NCBI GenBank assembly: GCA_043228905.1 | Contig: JBHGNT010000013.1 | Coordinates: 11,408,001 to 11,472,000 of the forward strand | Origin: Azolla caroliniana | Taxonomy: Eukaryota > Plantae > Polypodiophyta | DNA length: 64,000 bases | Direction of reading: 5' to 3' | Shown: piece by piece, positions 23,810 to 37,240 of the stretch | How positions within the stretch are numbered: position 1 is the stretch's first letter | Layout of the letters: each line of letters opens with the position of its first letter | Notes under the pieces: generated by a model | Seen by the model: only the letters and a program-made list of their open reading frames with translations | What the model was told of the DNA's origin: nothing | Database searches by the model: none | Program-made: the position numbers and the translations under genes

Positions 23810-26800
23810 TGCATAGTGATGTGCCATTTACTCGTTGTATCCAAACCGCACAACATGGTTCTTCTGGCGGATAGATCGGCGTAACTTGTCATTACCCAGT
23901 TTGGGGCCCTTCTTGGCCGGTTCGGACTTCGTTCCCGAAGATCCGCCATCATCCTTTCCAGAGTCAGATTTGCTCCAATACAACTCAACGTTGCCGATTT
24001 CATATTCTAGCATCTTCTTCTTCCCCTTCTCTTTGCACGTGAACCGTCTCCTTGGTTCCTTGCGCGGGGAGAGCACGACAAAGTCTCCACTACTCGCCGG
24101 CTCTTCATCCGACTGGTCATCCCAACTCAACCGCTCATTTGGCCCACTTAGCTAGAATGAGATCGAACTCTCTTCTAGAGTGTCATCTTCGTGTTCATCA
24201 GGAGGCATCTCAACCTTGCTGACCTCATCTTCAGAACTCAGATTGGAGTTGAGGTCCAGAGTATCGCGACTTACGCGAGCTTGTTTGGTTCGGGGGTTAT
24301 AACACTTATAACCCTTCTGTTCGTCCAAGTAGCCAACCAAGATACACTTCTCGGCTTTCGCGTCCAGCTTCCCCCGCTTCTCCTTCGGCACATGTACATA
24401 CGCAATGCTATCGAAAACCCTCAAGTGTCGTAGATTCGGCTTCCTTCCGAAATACAGCTCATGTGCCGACACTTTTTCTCCAATCCGATTCTGGATGTAG
24501 ACCGCGGTTCGGACCGCTTCGGCCCAATAGAACTTGGGCATGCTCTTTTCTTCCAGCATTGCCCGCGCCGCTTCCACAACCGACTGATTCTTCCTTTTGG
24601 CTACGCCGTTTTGTTCCGGCGTATACTTGCAACTGAATTCGCACTGAATTCCCATTTGTTGCAGATAACTGTTGAATTGGCCGGAAAGTACTCTATTCCG
24701 TCATCCGACCGAAGGCACTTGATCTTCCTCCCTGTTTCCCTTTTGACAAGATTTTTGAGGTTCCGGAAACATTCAAAGACTTCACTCTTCTTTTCGATGA
24801 GGTAGATCCATGTGTGCCAGGTGTAGTCGTCGATGAAGGAGACAAAATATCGACTATCGCCAAGACTCACATTCAGTGCCAGTCCTCATACATCTGAATG
24901 TATCAAGTTGAGCTTATTTCGGCTCCGATTATGCTCATTGGGAAAAGGAGGTCGATGTTGCTTCCCTAGCTAGCAGGCTTCACAAATTTGGGCATTTCGA
25001 CCATTGAATCTCGGCAATCCGAACACAACTTATTTTGATTGCAGGTCTTGAAGCCTTGGGTAGTTGATGTGGCCTATCCGCTTATGCCACAAGTCGATAT
25101 CCGACTCGAATTTTTGTCCTTTCGCAAATATAGCGGTGCCGACGTCATTAGTGTTGAGGATGAGCATCCTCCCCTCCGTCTGTGCGCCCTTGCGCAATTA
25201 TCCGGCCTTCTTCCTCGATGAAGCACCCTAGGTGCGTAAACCGCACTTGCATCCCCTAGTCGACGATTTGTCCAACCGACACCAGGTTCTTTGTGATAGT
25301 CGGAACGTGTAGTACGTTCATCAGCTTCCCCTTTTGTCCGACATGACTTAAAGGAACTTCTCTAACATGCACAATCAGGTGAGGGGTGTCATTTCCGGTT
25401 TCGATAATCCCCGGTTGTTCTGGCTTCTCCAAAAAAGAGAACCACTCTTCATGGCTCGTCATGTGGTTGGACACTCCGGAATCAACGTACCATACTTCTG
25501 TTGGGAGACAGGTCCCTCCGGATGGGATGAGTACCCGGCTACGGAGAGCCGGATGGTGCAGGCCCGGTGAGAACCGGATGAGAAGTACCCGGCTACGGAG
25601 AGCCGGATGGTCCAGGCCCGGTGAGAACCGGATGAAGAGACATATTCGTAAATATGTTTCTGAGAGTCCATCATGGCTATATTTGTAAATAGTCGAAAAG
25701 TCATATTAGTATAAATATGATTTAGGGCAAACTTTTAGTAGTTGTTGTCATTTCTTGTTGGTGCAAGGAGAGAGAGAGTGTGTAACTGTGTACAGAGAGA
25801 GAGAGAGAGAGAGAAAGAGGTCGTTGCCTCTGTTGTAACCGCCGCCTGTGGCGAAGATCGTGAGCACGAGGTCGTTGCCTCCGTGAACTCATTGTTGTAC
25901 ATTCTAACATAGTGATAGTTTGCAGTCTGTGGGCTGCCGTGGTTTTTCCCTTAGTTTGGGTTTTCCACGTAAACATCCTGTGTACTCTTCTCTTCACTGT
26001 GTTGTGCATTTATTTCCCATTTTCTGTGTATGATTCTAAGCTCGGTTGTGGCCGAGCATTGTGTATACGGAGCGTGCAGCTCCTGACAAGTGGTATCAGA
26101 GCAAAACGACACAGAAAATGGACGAATCGTTTGGCGGCATGTTCAAGCTCACCGGCTCCAACTATTCAGTGTGGAAGTCAAAGATGAGGGACATGCTCGT
26201 GGTTAAAGACCTCTGGCTGTTGGTTCAGTTCGGGGACAAGAGACCGGACAAAATCGACGTCGCGATATGGGAGGTGATGCACATGAAGACAACGGCGTAC
26301 ATACGGTGCTTCATCGACATGAGCCTATACAACAACTTCAATGAAGAGAGCAAGGCTCATAAGCTCTGGGAGAAGATCGGCATAATGTTTCAAAACAAAA
26401 ATGTTGTTAATCAGGTTTCAGTATTCCGGAAGCTAGTAAGACTCCGGTACCAAGATGGCTCCAGCATGGCGGAGCACATGAATGCCTTCCAGGGGCTGAT
26501 TCACTAGGCAACTTCATTGGAAGTACCTCTCACCGACGAGGTACTAGCGCTACTCCTGCTCGGTTCCCTCCCGGATAGCTGGGAGACGTTGGTTGTCACC
26601 TTGGGCAACGCCGGGCCGGAAGGGAAACGGTTATCCCTAGCAAGAGTAAAGTCGAGCTTGCTAGATGAGGAGGCGCGTCGGAAAGATAAAGATACGAGCT
26701 CCGACTCCAAAGCGCTCCTTACCGAATCGGAACGCAGAAGACATAGAAACCGTAGTCCCCAAAACCGGGAGAAGTCAGGGACACGGTCAAAGTCAAGGGG

Positions 26801-29800
26801 GAGGCCCACTTGCTTCTATTGCGGCAAGCCGGGACACTTCCAAAAGAACTGTCGGCATTTCCGAAAAGATAAGGAGACCGACGGTACCGATTTGAAGCGG
26901 ACCCCGGACCGGAACGGAAGGGAACGACGGCAATCGCGGCAAGTGAAGAAGAGTTGATGCTCATCACCGAGGAGAGTGAGATAAACCTTGCCGGCGACGA
27001 GATGACCTGGGTGGTAGACCCCGAAGCGTCGTTCCACCTTACCCCGGACCAGAAATGCTTCTCATCCTACTCAGCCAGTGATCACGGTTGTGTCCGGATG
27101 GGGAATGAAGGTACATGCCGAATTGTCGGCATAGGAGACGTGTGGCTGTCAACACCAACCGGATGCAAGTTGTTGCTGAAGGATGTTCGACATGTTCCGG
27201 AGGTTCGTCTGAACCTGATATCAGCCGGTCGTCTAGATGATGAAGGCTACACGGGTAGCATCCGGAACGGTGTCATGAAGTTCAGCAAAGGGAGCCTGAT
27301 TGTGGCTCGGGCCCGGAAGGTAAACACGTTGTACCTCATGAATGCCCGGTTATGTCCGGAGGAAGTGAACGTGACATCCGCCACTGCCGGTGACCTGTGG
27401 CACAAAAGGTTGTGTCACATGAGCGAGAAGGGGATGAAGAGGCTTGCAGACGACAACCTCATTCCAGTGAAGAACGTGCACTTGGAGAAGTGCACTAATT
27501 GTCTGGCCGGTAAGCAAAACCGGACCTCTTTCCGATCAAGGCCGCCGATGAGACGTAATGCGCCACTGGAGTTGGTGCATACGGATGTATGTCAAGTGGA
27601 CACGAAGTCACATGCAAGATCGCAGTACTTCGTGACGTTCATAGATGACCACAGCCGGAAGCTGTGGGCCACACCGTTGAAGACGAAGGATCAGGTGCTA
27701 TCCGTCTTCAAAGAGCTCCACGCGAGAGTGGAAAGAGAAACCAGCCGGAAGCTAAAGGCAGTTAGAGCAGATAACATAGGAGAATACCGGGGGCAGTTCG
27801 AGGAGTACTGCCGCTCGAAGGGAATCCAGTTCGAATTTACTGTGCCGAAGACGCCGAAACTAAACGGGCTGGCCGAGAGGATGAACCGGACCATAATGGA
27901 GAGGGTCCGGAGTATGTTGGCGCATGCAAAACTACCCAAGAAGTTTTGGGTTGAGGCACTGTCGACGGCAACATATGTGATAAACAGATCACCCTCATTA
28001 CCCTTGGACGGAGACATGCCACAGAGAGTCTGGACCGGTAAGGAAGTGTCCTACCGGCATCTGAAGGTATTCGGGTGTCTCGCGTACGTGCATGTAGCTA
28101 AGGACCGGAGAGGAAAGTTATCCAAAGACCCGGCCATGCATATTCCTCGGTTACGGTGACGATGAGTTCGGCTACCGAGTGTGGGACTTGGTCGACAAGA
28201 AGGTATTCCGGAGCCGAGATATTATCTTCATGGAGGACAAGACGTTGGCCGACTGGGAGTCGGAGAAGAAGATAATGAACTCCGAGCCGACCAGTAAGGA
28301 TAGACTATACAATTAACAGACCCAACCGGCAAGAGACCGGTTAGCACTCGAGGAACCAGCCGGTTACGGTGGGGATATCGAACCGGCAGAAGAAGAAGTA
28401 GAGGAAGCTGAAACCAGAACCGGCCAAGACCCCGAATCAGATTCGGATGAAGAGCAAATAGAGGAGTCGGATACCGAAGCCCAGAGACGGAGATATCCTC
28501 TCAGAGAGAGAAGGCCCCCCCGGAGATTTCCAGATGCAGAGCATGTGCTGTTAACCGATGAGGGGGAGCCAGAAAGCTTCGAAGAAGCAAAGGCTGCCAC
28601 CCACAGCCGCAAATGGTTAAGTGCCATGCAGGATGAGATGGATTCCCTGCATGAGAAACATACGTACGAATTGGTGGAGTTGCCGAAATGAAAGCGAGCA
28701 CTCCGAAACAAGTGGGTGTACAAGTTGAAACCGGGAGATGCCGGCAACCCCCCGAGATACAAAGCCAAGATCGTGGTGAAGGGGTTCCAGCAGAAAAAGG
28801 GCGTGGACTTTGACGAGATATTTGCCCCGGTAGTAAAGATGACCTCCATCCGGACGGTGCTGAGTATAGCGGCAAGCATGGACCTCGAGGTAGAACAGCT
28901 AGACGTGAAGACGGCATTCCTTCACAGCGACCTCGAAGAGGAGATCTACATGCAGCAACCGGAGGGATTTGTGGAGAAAGGGAAGGAGCACCTGGTATGC
29001 CGGTTGAAGAAGAGCCTCTACGGGTTGAAGCAGGCCCCCCGGCAATGGTACCGGAAGTTCGACTCCTTCATGACCGATCAAGGGTACCACAAGACGCAGG
29101 CCGATCACTGCGTGTTTGTGAAGAAGTTTGGAGGCGACTTCCTGATACTCCTTCTGTATGTGGATGACATGTTAATCGTCGGACGGGACCAAGTAAAAAT
29201 ACGGATGCTGAAGAAGGCCCTCAACCGGACCTTCTCAATGAAAGACTTGGGTCCGGCAAGACAGATGCTCGGGATGCATATTATTCGGAACCGGTCAATG
29301 AAGCAATTATGGCTGTCACAGGAGAAGTACGTGACAAAAGTGCTTCACCGGTTCAACATGTCAGATGCAAAACCGGTCGGATCAACACTTCCAGCAAACT
29401 GTAGGTTATCCGGTAAGCAAAGCCCGAAGACAAAAGCAGAGAAGGCGGATATGATGAAGATTCCATATGCCTCTGCCGTCGGGAGCTTGATGTACGCAAT
29501 GGTGTGTACCCGACCGGATATAGGATACGCAGTCGGAGTGGTGAGCCGATTTATGAGCAATCCCGGCAAGGAGCATTGGAACGCGGTCAAATGGATACTC
29601 CGGTATTTGAAGGGCACTTCAAATATGTGTCTCTAATTCGGCTCCGGAAAACCTCAACTTGACGGTTTCACTGATTCGGACATGTCGGCTGATGTGGATA
29701 CCAGCCGGTCTACATCCGGGTATGTAATGACATATGCAGGGGGAGCTGTTTCGTGGCAGTCGAGGCTGCAGAAGACGGTTGCGTTGTCAACCACGGAAGC

Positions 29801-32188
29801 GGAGTACATGGCGGCGGTGGAAGCCAGCAAGGAAATATTATGGATGAAGGACTTCATCGGAGAGCTCAGTATACGGCAAGATGAATATCGACTCTATTGC
29901 GACAGTCAAAGTGCCATCCACCTTGCTAAAAATGCAGCCTACCATTCCCGGACGAAGCATATCCAGTGGAGGTATCACTGGATCCGGGAAAGAGTAGATG
30001 ACCAGGAGTTCGCGCTGATGAAGATCCACACGGCCGAGAACAGGTCAGATATGCTGACCAAAGTGCTGGTACCCGACAAGCTGGATGCATGCCGAAAGCG
30101 GATCGGACTAGTAAGACACCCCATGCCGGAGTGAAGGGGGAGTTTGTTGGGAGACAGGTCCCTCCGGATGGGATGAGGAGTACCCGGCTACGGAGAGCCA
30201 GATGGTGCAGGCCCAGTGAGAACCGGATGAAGAGACATATTCGTAAATAGGTTTTTGAGAGTCCATCATGGCTATATTTGTAAATAGCCGAAAAGTCATA
30301 TTAGTATAAATATGATTTAGGGCAAACTTTTAGTAGTTGTTGTCATTTCTTGTTGGTGCAAGGAAAGAGAGAGCGCGTAACTATGAACAAAGAGAGAGAG
30401 AGAGAGAGAAAGAGGTCGTTGCCTCTGTTGTAACCGCCGCCTGTGGCGAAGATCGTGAGCACGAGGTCGTTGCCTCCGTGAACTCACTGTTGTACATTCT
30501 AACATAGTGATAGTTTGCAGTCTGTGGGCTGTCGTGGTTTTTCCCTTAGTTTGGGTTTTCCACGTAAACATCCTGTGTACTCTTCTCTTCACTGTGTTGT
30601 GCATTTATTTCCCATTTTCTGTGTATGATTCTAAGCTCGGTTGTGGCCAAGCGTTGCATATACGGAGCGTGCAGCTCCCGACAACTTCCTCCAATTTGGA
30701 AGTAGTCTTCTTCATCGAGTTAGCCTTGTGCTTCATCACAAAGGCTGACCCTTTACCGGTTTTCCCGGTTTCAGATCCTTCTGATCCTTCCGTGTAGTGC
30801 GAGCTTTGCCGGTTCTCCTGACAGATTTTGCCACATCCGGATTTGTCCAAATCGACGCGCTTCTTCCAACACTCGCTTTCCTTGTGGCCTTTTTTGCCAT
30901 AGTACCAACATTCCGTGTCGGCCTTTCCTTGCCGATTCCCGGTGCCACTTTGACTCCCCCTGCGTGTGGAGGGTCCAGAATTGCTATCAGCACCACCTTT
31001 ATGCCTCCGGTCCTGCTCTTGTCGGCCACCTCCATTGCGTGCCGACCCACCTCGTCCACCACGTCCATGGGGCCGATCTGTCTCCGTGTACAACATCCGG
31101 TCGTCCGATTGAATGGTCCTTGACCCACTCGCGTGGTTTTCTTCGACCATCAGCATCGATTGCAATTCGAAGAAACACGGTGGTTTCTCCCGGGTGCAGA
31201 TCGTTGTCCGGATTAGCCCGTACCTTTGTGCTAGACCACCGAGGCATATTTGTACCATCTCTTCTTCGTCCACTGTCACGTTGATGGACAGGAGTGCGTC
31301 GCAAATCTCCTTTATCTTGGTGGTGTAGTCCGTAACCAACATGTCTCTTTGCTGGATGCTGTTCATCTCTTGCTGGAGCTGCAACTTACGGGTTGTGGTA
31401 CTCGCGGCGAAAATCTTCCTTAGATTTCCCTAGGCCTCCTTCGGCATCTTTGCATCCTTGATGTAGCGAGCATCTGATCGTGCACACAGGACGTGAGGCA
31501 ATACAATACTCAGCTCGCTCCTTGCTCCCATACCGGGAAGTCACTGTGTGTCGACTCCAGTGCTACCTCATTCGTTCCTCCCACGAAGCTCCAATATCCA
31601 TGCCCCAATAGGTACGGGTGCATCTTGTATGACCAGGACGCGTAGTTGCTCCGGTCAAGCTTCTCTGTTGGAAGTGAACTCGCCATTCCTCTATCCATAT
31701 CTCCTCTTTGTCTATTGTTACCGGGTTCTAGGGTTTGTCTATGAAAGCAAGTGCCGGCTGCAGAGGTTCTCAAACCTTGCGCTCTAATACCATGTAAATG
31801 TTATCGTGCGGAAGCGTTAGACAAATCGGCTCAGCCGGATAGTGACAAAGAATAAGATGAAGGTTTAATGAAGAAGCTTAATACACGGGAGAGACAAAGA
31901 GAGCATAACATAAAACGTCGATTCAAAAAATGACTCTAAAACTCTATACATAGGATGTGCTCAGAGAGCACTTTTATACAGGTCCATATGGATTGACCGA
32001 AGTACTGACATGTACTTCAATGCTCATAACTGAGCCCCTACACTAACTCCCAAATATATTCCCTCACGGAATATCTGTTCAACGGCCTCTTGGTTTCCAC
32101 ACCGATCCGGCCTAACCGATTGGTCCAAACCGATCTAGTTCTCAGCTTGCACAGCCGATCCGGCCAATGTTGAGCTTGCATCTCAACA
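23810..32188 (-). mobile_element. Degenerate family-B copia (5' LTR to integrase), split by copia A3
   Basis: Minus-strand LTR 31793-32188; PBS 31781-31792; gag about 31690-30690; protease and integrase 25498-23810. Confidence 0.87.
25499..30683 (+). mobile_element. Complete Ty1/copia A3 with disrupted gag-pol
   Basis: LTRs 25499-26088 and 30145-30683; perfect TSD ACTTC; PBS 26091-26102; gag-pol about 26118-30134 with stops and frameshifts; PPT about 30133-30142. Confidence 0.95.
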
Positions 32189-32318
32189 ATGTGGAAAGCC
32201 CTGATCGGGAAAAACCACAGGTGCCCATAGGCTCCAACAATTACTATGAGAAGAAGTGTACAATAGGAGACTCGGAGGCAACGACCTCAAGTTCTATCTT
32301 CGCCAATCGACGGTTACA

Positions 32319-32391
<73 letters not shown>

Positions 32392-32646
32392 CAACAATAA
32401 TGATAACTACACACTAAGAGTATTGCCCTAGTTATATTTATACTCATATAACTTTAGGGTTATTTACAAATGTGACCTCAACAATCACATCGAAGCATAT
32501 ACATATACTAATATGTCTGGCCAAATACCAACAAGATCCATCCAATCCGGTTTCCAAATATCTTCCAAATCCATCCAGTCTGGTTCCTTCCTTCAGCTCG
32601 TCTGGTTCTCATCGGGATCCCATCCGGAGGGACCAAATTCCCAACA
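32189..32646 (-). mobile_element. Truncated family-A-like LTR containing a (CT)n(AT)n microsatellite
   Basis: Reverse complement starts TGTTGGGAATTTGGTCCCTCCGGATGGG as in family-A LTRs; microsatellite about 32327-32392. Confidence 0.78.
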
Positions 32647-33699
32647 CACGAGAGAGATTGAACTTGCAACCTCACATTTACAAGACATCATGCTCAACCA
32701 TTTTGACATGAGCATACATTAGTATGTAATGGTATAGTATTCTATAATCTATCATATAATACAATTCAGAATCAGAATATTCTAGTCATTAGTATATTCT
32801 AGAGATATTGCACGCTACATTCTAGAGATATTTCTCGAGTATATTCTAGAGATATTCAATCTCAGAACTTGTATAAATACTTGTAACCTCCTTCGTCCCT
32901 TTCAAGGGATTCAACACCAGCCATTGACACATCAATCTAGTATTCTCGTTTTGCCTCATATTTGTCTCCTTGATCTTTATTTATGTCTTCATGCCCTCAT
33001 GTCACTCACAACATCTAGAGTTCCTAGCCTCGTCACATCTAGTTCCAAGTTCATCCGTCGCTCGTAGCCCCATCATCTGTGCTCCGTCTTGGTCCGCGCT
33101 TGGTGTGTCCATGACAATTTGAATCCCTTCCAACTGGAAGCATCACCCCTCGTCGTTATCACCTTTGCTTCTAGAGTTACCATCATCACCGTCCTTGCTT
33201 CCATAGTTAGCGTCATCAACATCCTAGTCTTCGACATCATCTTTTTCAGCACCTCTTTGCCCAACCTTTATAGTCATCAACACTACTTTGCATGGTCTTT
33301 GATTATCATCATTGTTCCGCCCTCTTCATTGTCATTGTCATCGTCATCATCTATAGGTATCATTTTGCTTCACGATTTTGGCGAGGATTGATTTTGATCG
33401 CTCACCTTCTAGTTCTAGTGGGGGTCATAACTGCTCACTTTCTTGGTGGGGATCGAATCATTGCCCGCTTGCACTCCATTTTCATTTTAGTTCAAGTCTC
33501 ATGCCACTTTCCTTTGGCGAGGACCGATTTTCGATCACTCACCTTCTAGTTCTAGAGGGGGTCACAACTGCTAACTTTCTAGGCGGGGATCACATCGGTT
33601 TCTAGCTAGTGCTACCGTTTGTGTTGTGTTTTGGGTCAACCTCAACTATTTACCCTCCCATAATAGAAGAAGTCGATTCAACCGCTTCACTTGCACTCC

Positions 33700-34100
33700 T
33701 TCGCCTGTTCGTGTTCCTGGTGAAGGCCGCATGGTCGCTCGCACTCGTTCGTGTTCGAGTTCCCGGTGAGGGCCACATGGTCGCTCACTCGTTCGTGTTC
33801 GAGTTCCCGATGAGGGCAGCATGGTCGCTCACGTCCTTTCGTGTTCCAGACCCTGGTGAGGGCCGCTTGGTTGCTCACATCCTTTTGTGTTCTAGATCCT
33901 AGTGAGGGCCACATGGTCGCTCACTCCCGTTCGTGTTCCAGTTCCCGATGAGGGCCGCATGGTCACTCATGCTCGTTCGTCTTTCCGATGAGGACCGCAC
34001 ATGGTCACTCGCGTCCATCGGTGAGGGCCACACATGGTCGCTCACGTCCATCGGTGTTCCAGTCTGCAGTGAGGACAACATATGGTTCCTCACGCACATC
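33700..34100 (+). repeat. Tandem repeat of about 44 bp, about 8-9 copies
   Basis: Recurring GTGAGGGCC(A/G)CATGGTCGCTCAC...TTCGTGTTC(C/G)AGTTCCCG. Confidence 0.8.
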
Positions 34101-34197
34101 AGTGCTCCAATTCCCGTCCACCCCTACATCACGCTTTCAAAAAGGCGGTCGTAAAGGGTAGGATAATGTCACGACACAGTGACATCAAATACATAGT

Positions 34198-34262
34198 TAG
34201 TGAGGATTGAACTTGCAACCTAACATTTACAAGACATCATGCTCAACCATTTTGACATGAGC
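34198..34262 (-). other. tRNA-derived (Thr-TGT-like) sequence inside an LTR; second copy about 32653-32713
   Basis: Minus strand GCTC-ATGTCAAAATGGTT-GAGC-AT-GATGT-CTTGTAA-ATGTT-AGGTT-GCAAG-TTCAATC-CTCAC shows D-stem, anticodon loop and T-loop. The acceptor stem does not pair. Confidence 0.6.
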
Positions 34263-34760
34263 ATACATTAGTATATAATGGTGTAGTATTCTGTAGTCTA
34301 GCGATAATACATTTCAGAATCAGAATATTCTAGTCGTTAGTATATTCTAGAGATATTGCACGGCATATTCTAGAGCTATTCAATCTCGGAACTTGTATAA
34401 ATACTTGTAACCTCCTTGGTCCCTTTCAAGGGACTCAACACCAGTCATTGAAACATCAATCTAGTATTCTTGTTTCTCGAGTATATTCTAGAGATATTCC
34501 ATCTCGGAACTTGTATAAATACTTGTAACCTCCTTGGTCCCTTTCAAGGGACTCAACACCAGTCATTGAAACATCAATCTAGTATTCTCGTTTCGCCTCA
34601 TATTTGTTCCTTGATCTTAAATATTTATGTCTTCATGCCCTCATGTCGCTCACAACATCTAGAGTTCCTAGCCTCGTCACATCTAGCTCCAAGTTCATTC
34701 ATCGCTCGTAGCCCCATCATCTGTGCTCCGTCCTAGTCTGCGCTTGGTGTGTCCGTGACA

Positions 34761-35003
34761 CGTACTAGGCTAGGATCGTAGGCCTCTAACAGCCTACCGG
34801 TTACACTCTGATCCGGCTCCCTATTCCTGACACCGATCCGACTCCCTATTCTGAACACCGATCCAACTCTTTGTTCCGGATGCCGATCCGAACATCGATT
34901 CGGCTCTTCATTCCAGATACCGATTCAGCTCTTCGTTCCGGACACCGATCCAGCTCTGGCTTACTCAGCTAATCTGGATCCGGTTGAGCTTGTCAGCTCA
35001 ACA
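34761..35003 (-). mobile_element. 5' part of a family-B LTR
   Basis: Reverse complement starts TGTTGAGCTGACAAGCTCAACCGGATCC and runs to CCTAGCCTAGTACG. Confidence 0.8.
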
Positions 35004-35212
35004 GATAGTCCCATTTGTCTTCTTAGTGCTTTGAAGTGGTTATCTGGTAGCCTCTTCATCAGGTTATCAGTGATGTTCACTTCAGTATAAACTTTTTAGC
35101 CTTCGAGCTTCTGGTCAGTGATAAGCTCCCAAATGTGGTGATACCTTACCTCTATGTGCTTCATCTTCGAGTGATAGATAGGATTCCGCACAAGGTGAAT
35201 TGCGCTTTGTTA
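35004..35212 (-). pseudogene. Copia RNase H remnant
   Basis: Minus-strand translation QSAIHLVRNPIYHSKMKHIEVRYHHIWELI. Confidence 0.75.
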
Positions 35213-36197
35213 CTCTCTCGGTCAGATATCATATCATAGAATACCGTTCACCAAAGATTGTGGTCAGAGATATGGAATTCACACTAACAATAAGTGGATA
35301 GTCAAATCCGCTCTACACACATCACTTCACTTATAACACAAAGACACAAACAATATACCCCGAAAGATATCTCTATATTAAGTCTTACATATACAATACA
35401 CATGCCTCCGTTATATAGGAAAAGCATGGAGAAGTTACATTGCCAGTCGATGCACCGCCTCTAATCGAACAGTTACAATGTCATACGACATATCGTTACA
35501 AATCTACTATTTACATTTTTCTACGTAATAACTATTTTGGCTTATATTTAATTTGGCTTCAAAGTAATATTTCCAGCTTCAGCTCCACACTACTTTTCGG
35601 TCGTTTCACACTATTTCCAGCTTTCGTCCCTTCGACTTAAAACCCCTATAGGTAACACATGGCACGCACATGGGACAATGCTCTACTCTAGTAGATCTAG
35701 ACTTCGCTTAAAACTACTATGAAGCTTCTATCACAAGTGGGCGGTCTTCTCTATTATGATGTTGAAGTAGACATTCTTTGGTTGGATGTATTCGAATAGT
35801 TGATGGGGCTTTGGCTTTGAGATTTAACCACTTTTGAAGCTATCATTAGTGTTGGATGTGCTTCTTCCACGTAGTGAAGTTCGTTCCCTCGAACTTGTGT
35901 GTCACGTTGATGTTGATGGAGTCCTCCATTTTTTATGCACCAATCTTTTTGTTCTTCCTTTACCTAGTTCTAGAAAATATTCCAATGAACCACGCTTGAG
36001 CTCCATAATTAGAACTTATACAGCGATTACCTTGTATTCTACTATAATTCCTGCAAGAAATGCTAACATAAACAATATAACATGGGGGAATGCCCTAGTT
36101 GTTGTTGCAACACTATGTTATCTATTAGAATATGCTTTATGCAAGAAAGTAGTTGCATGCACACTTAAAAGAGAATGAAAAAACAGATTTTACCCAC

Positions 36198-37240
36198 TTT
36201 TTCTTTTTTTCTTTTTTTTTTCCAAGAAAGAACTACTTCCATTAGTTAAGGCAATGAACATAGGATAATATACAACTCATATCTTACAGGCCAACTTGCA
36301 TGTCGAAAACAAAACAACATGTGTAAAGGAAACAACAAAAACACCACATCATTCGATGAGCATAGCATTACTTGACCGCATACCCTCCACGTGAGCCTCA
36401 TACAACCTGAATTCAGCATAGACATCCTCCAATCTCTTCTCGTGGCAGCACCCATCTATATGTTAGGTACACTCAGAGGGAACAACCACCGTGGTGGTTG
36501 ATAATTCCACTTCGCTTTGCCATCCACCATCTGCACCATCGGAGAACCTCTCCATTTCAGAAGGAATAGAGCTCTAGCTTCTTCACTTGAGTCTGAGGGC
36601 CCTTGAAGGCTTTCAAACTCTCCTCATAACGTAGAAATAAGATTAAACCAGATCATCATTAAACTCTTAGCCGGTGGGGTTCGCTTACCTAAGAAAGTCT
36701 CCTTGCACCTAGATACCCACACTTGCCAAACTATAAAGCCGACCACTAATAACCATATGTCCACGTATTGCTCCTATATGTAGAATAAACCTCCTTGTGT
36801 TGAAGGTTGTACAATTCCTTGCATCACCTTTAAAGAAGAACTATTTCCATTCCACCCTTGAAACCACGCAACCGATTCAATGGCCAACCAAGTGACTGCT
36901 ACATTTGATACATGAACATCAACCCCGAATCGAGTCAAGATTCTTGGGCTCGTGGGCAACTCCACAAAAAATGTGCGATGTCCTCCAAGCTCACACTACA
37001 GGCCTTGCAACTACTCATGCCACACCTCTTTTCCCAAGCCATCCTCAATTCTTGCAACATAACAAACTCAACTCCCGCAGTCGAGAGATTTCCGACCTCA
37101 ATCCATGCGATCATCTTTCGCAATTCACTATTCCCAATGTCCGCTTGACTTTCCTTGTCCTTCCTTTTCATGATCCATGCCTTAACCATTCTCACTTAGG
37201 TCTGATGAAAATCTATTCCTAAGAGGGCTCTACAAGTGTT
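36198..37240 (-). mobile_element. 5'-truncated degenerate LINE (L1-like) 3' end
   Basis: Minus-strand CKACSVSLEDIAHFLWSCPRAQES resembles the C-terminal zf-RVT motif of plant LINE ORF2. T-rich tract at about 36198-36221 fits a poly(A) tail. Confidence 0.6.

Larger units (their letters stand above)
32647..34760 (+). mobile_element. Non-autonomous TRIM-like LTR element with chromovirus-type ends
   Basis: Direct repeats about 32647-33116 (5'-truncated) and 34167-34760 (TGTCACG...CGTGACA). PPT AAGGGTAGGATAA. About 1 kb internal region without recognisable retroelement domains. Confidence 0.82.

Noticed and set aside
34198-34262. Functional tRNA-Thr gene
   Set aside because: The acceptor stem does not pair and the D-loop is oversized. 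Reported only as tRNA-derived.
35655-35700. Helitron 3' end (GC-rich hairpin followed by CTAG)
   Set aside because: The hairpin pairs poorly and no 5' TC terminus could be identified.
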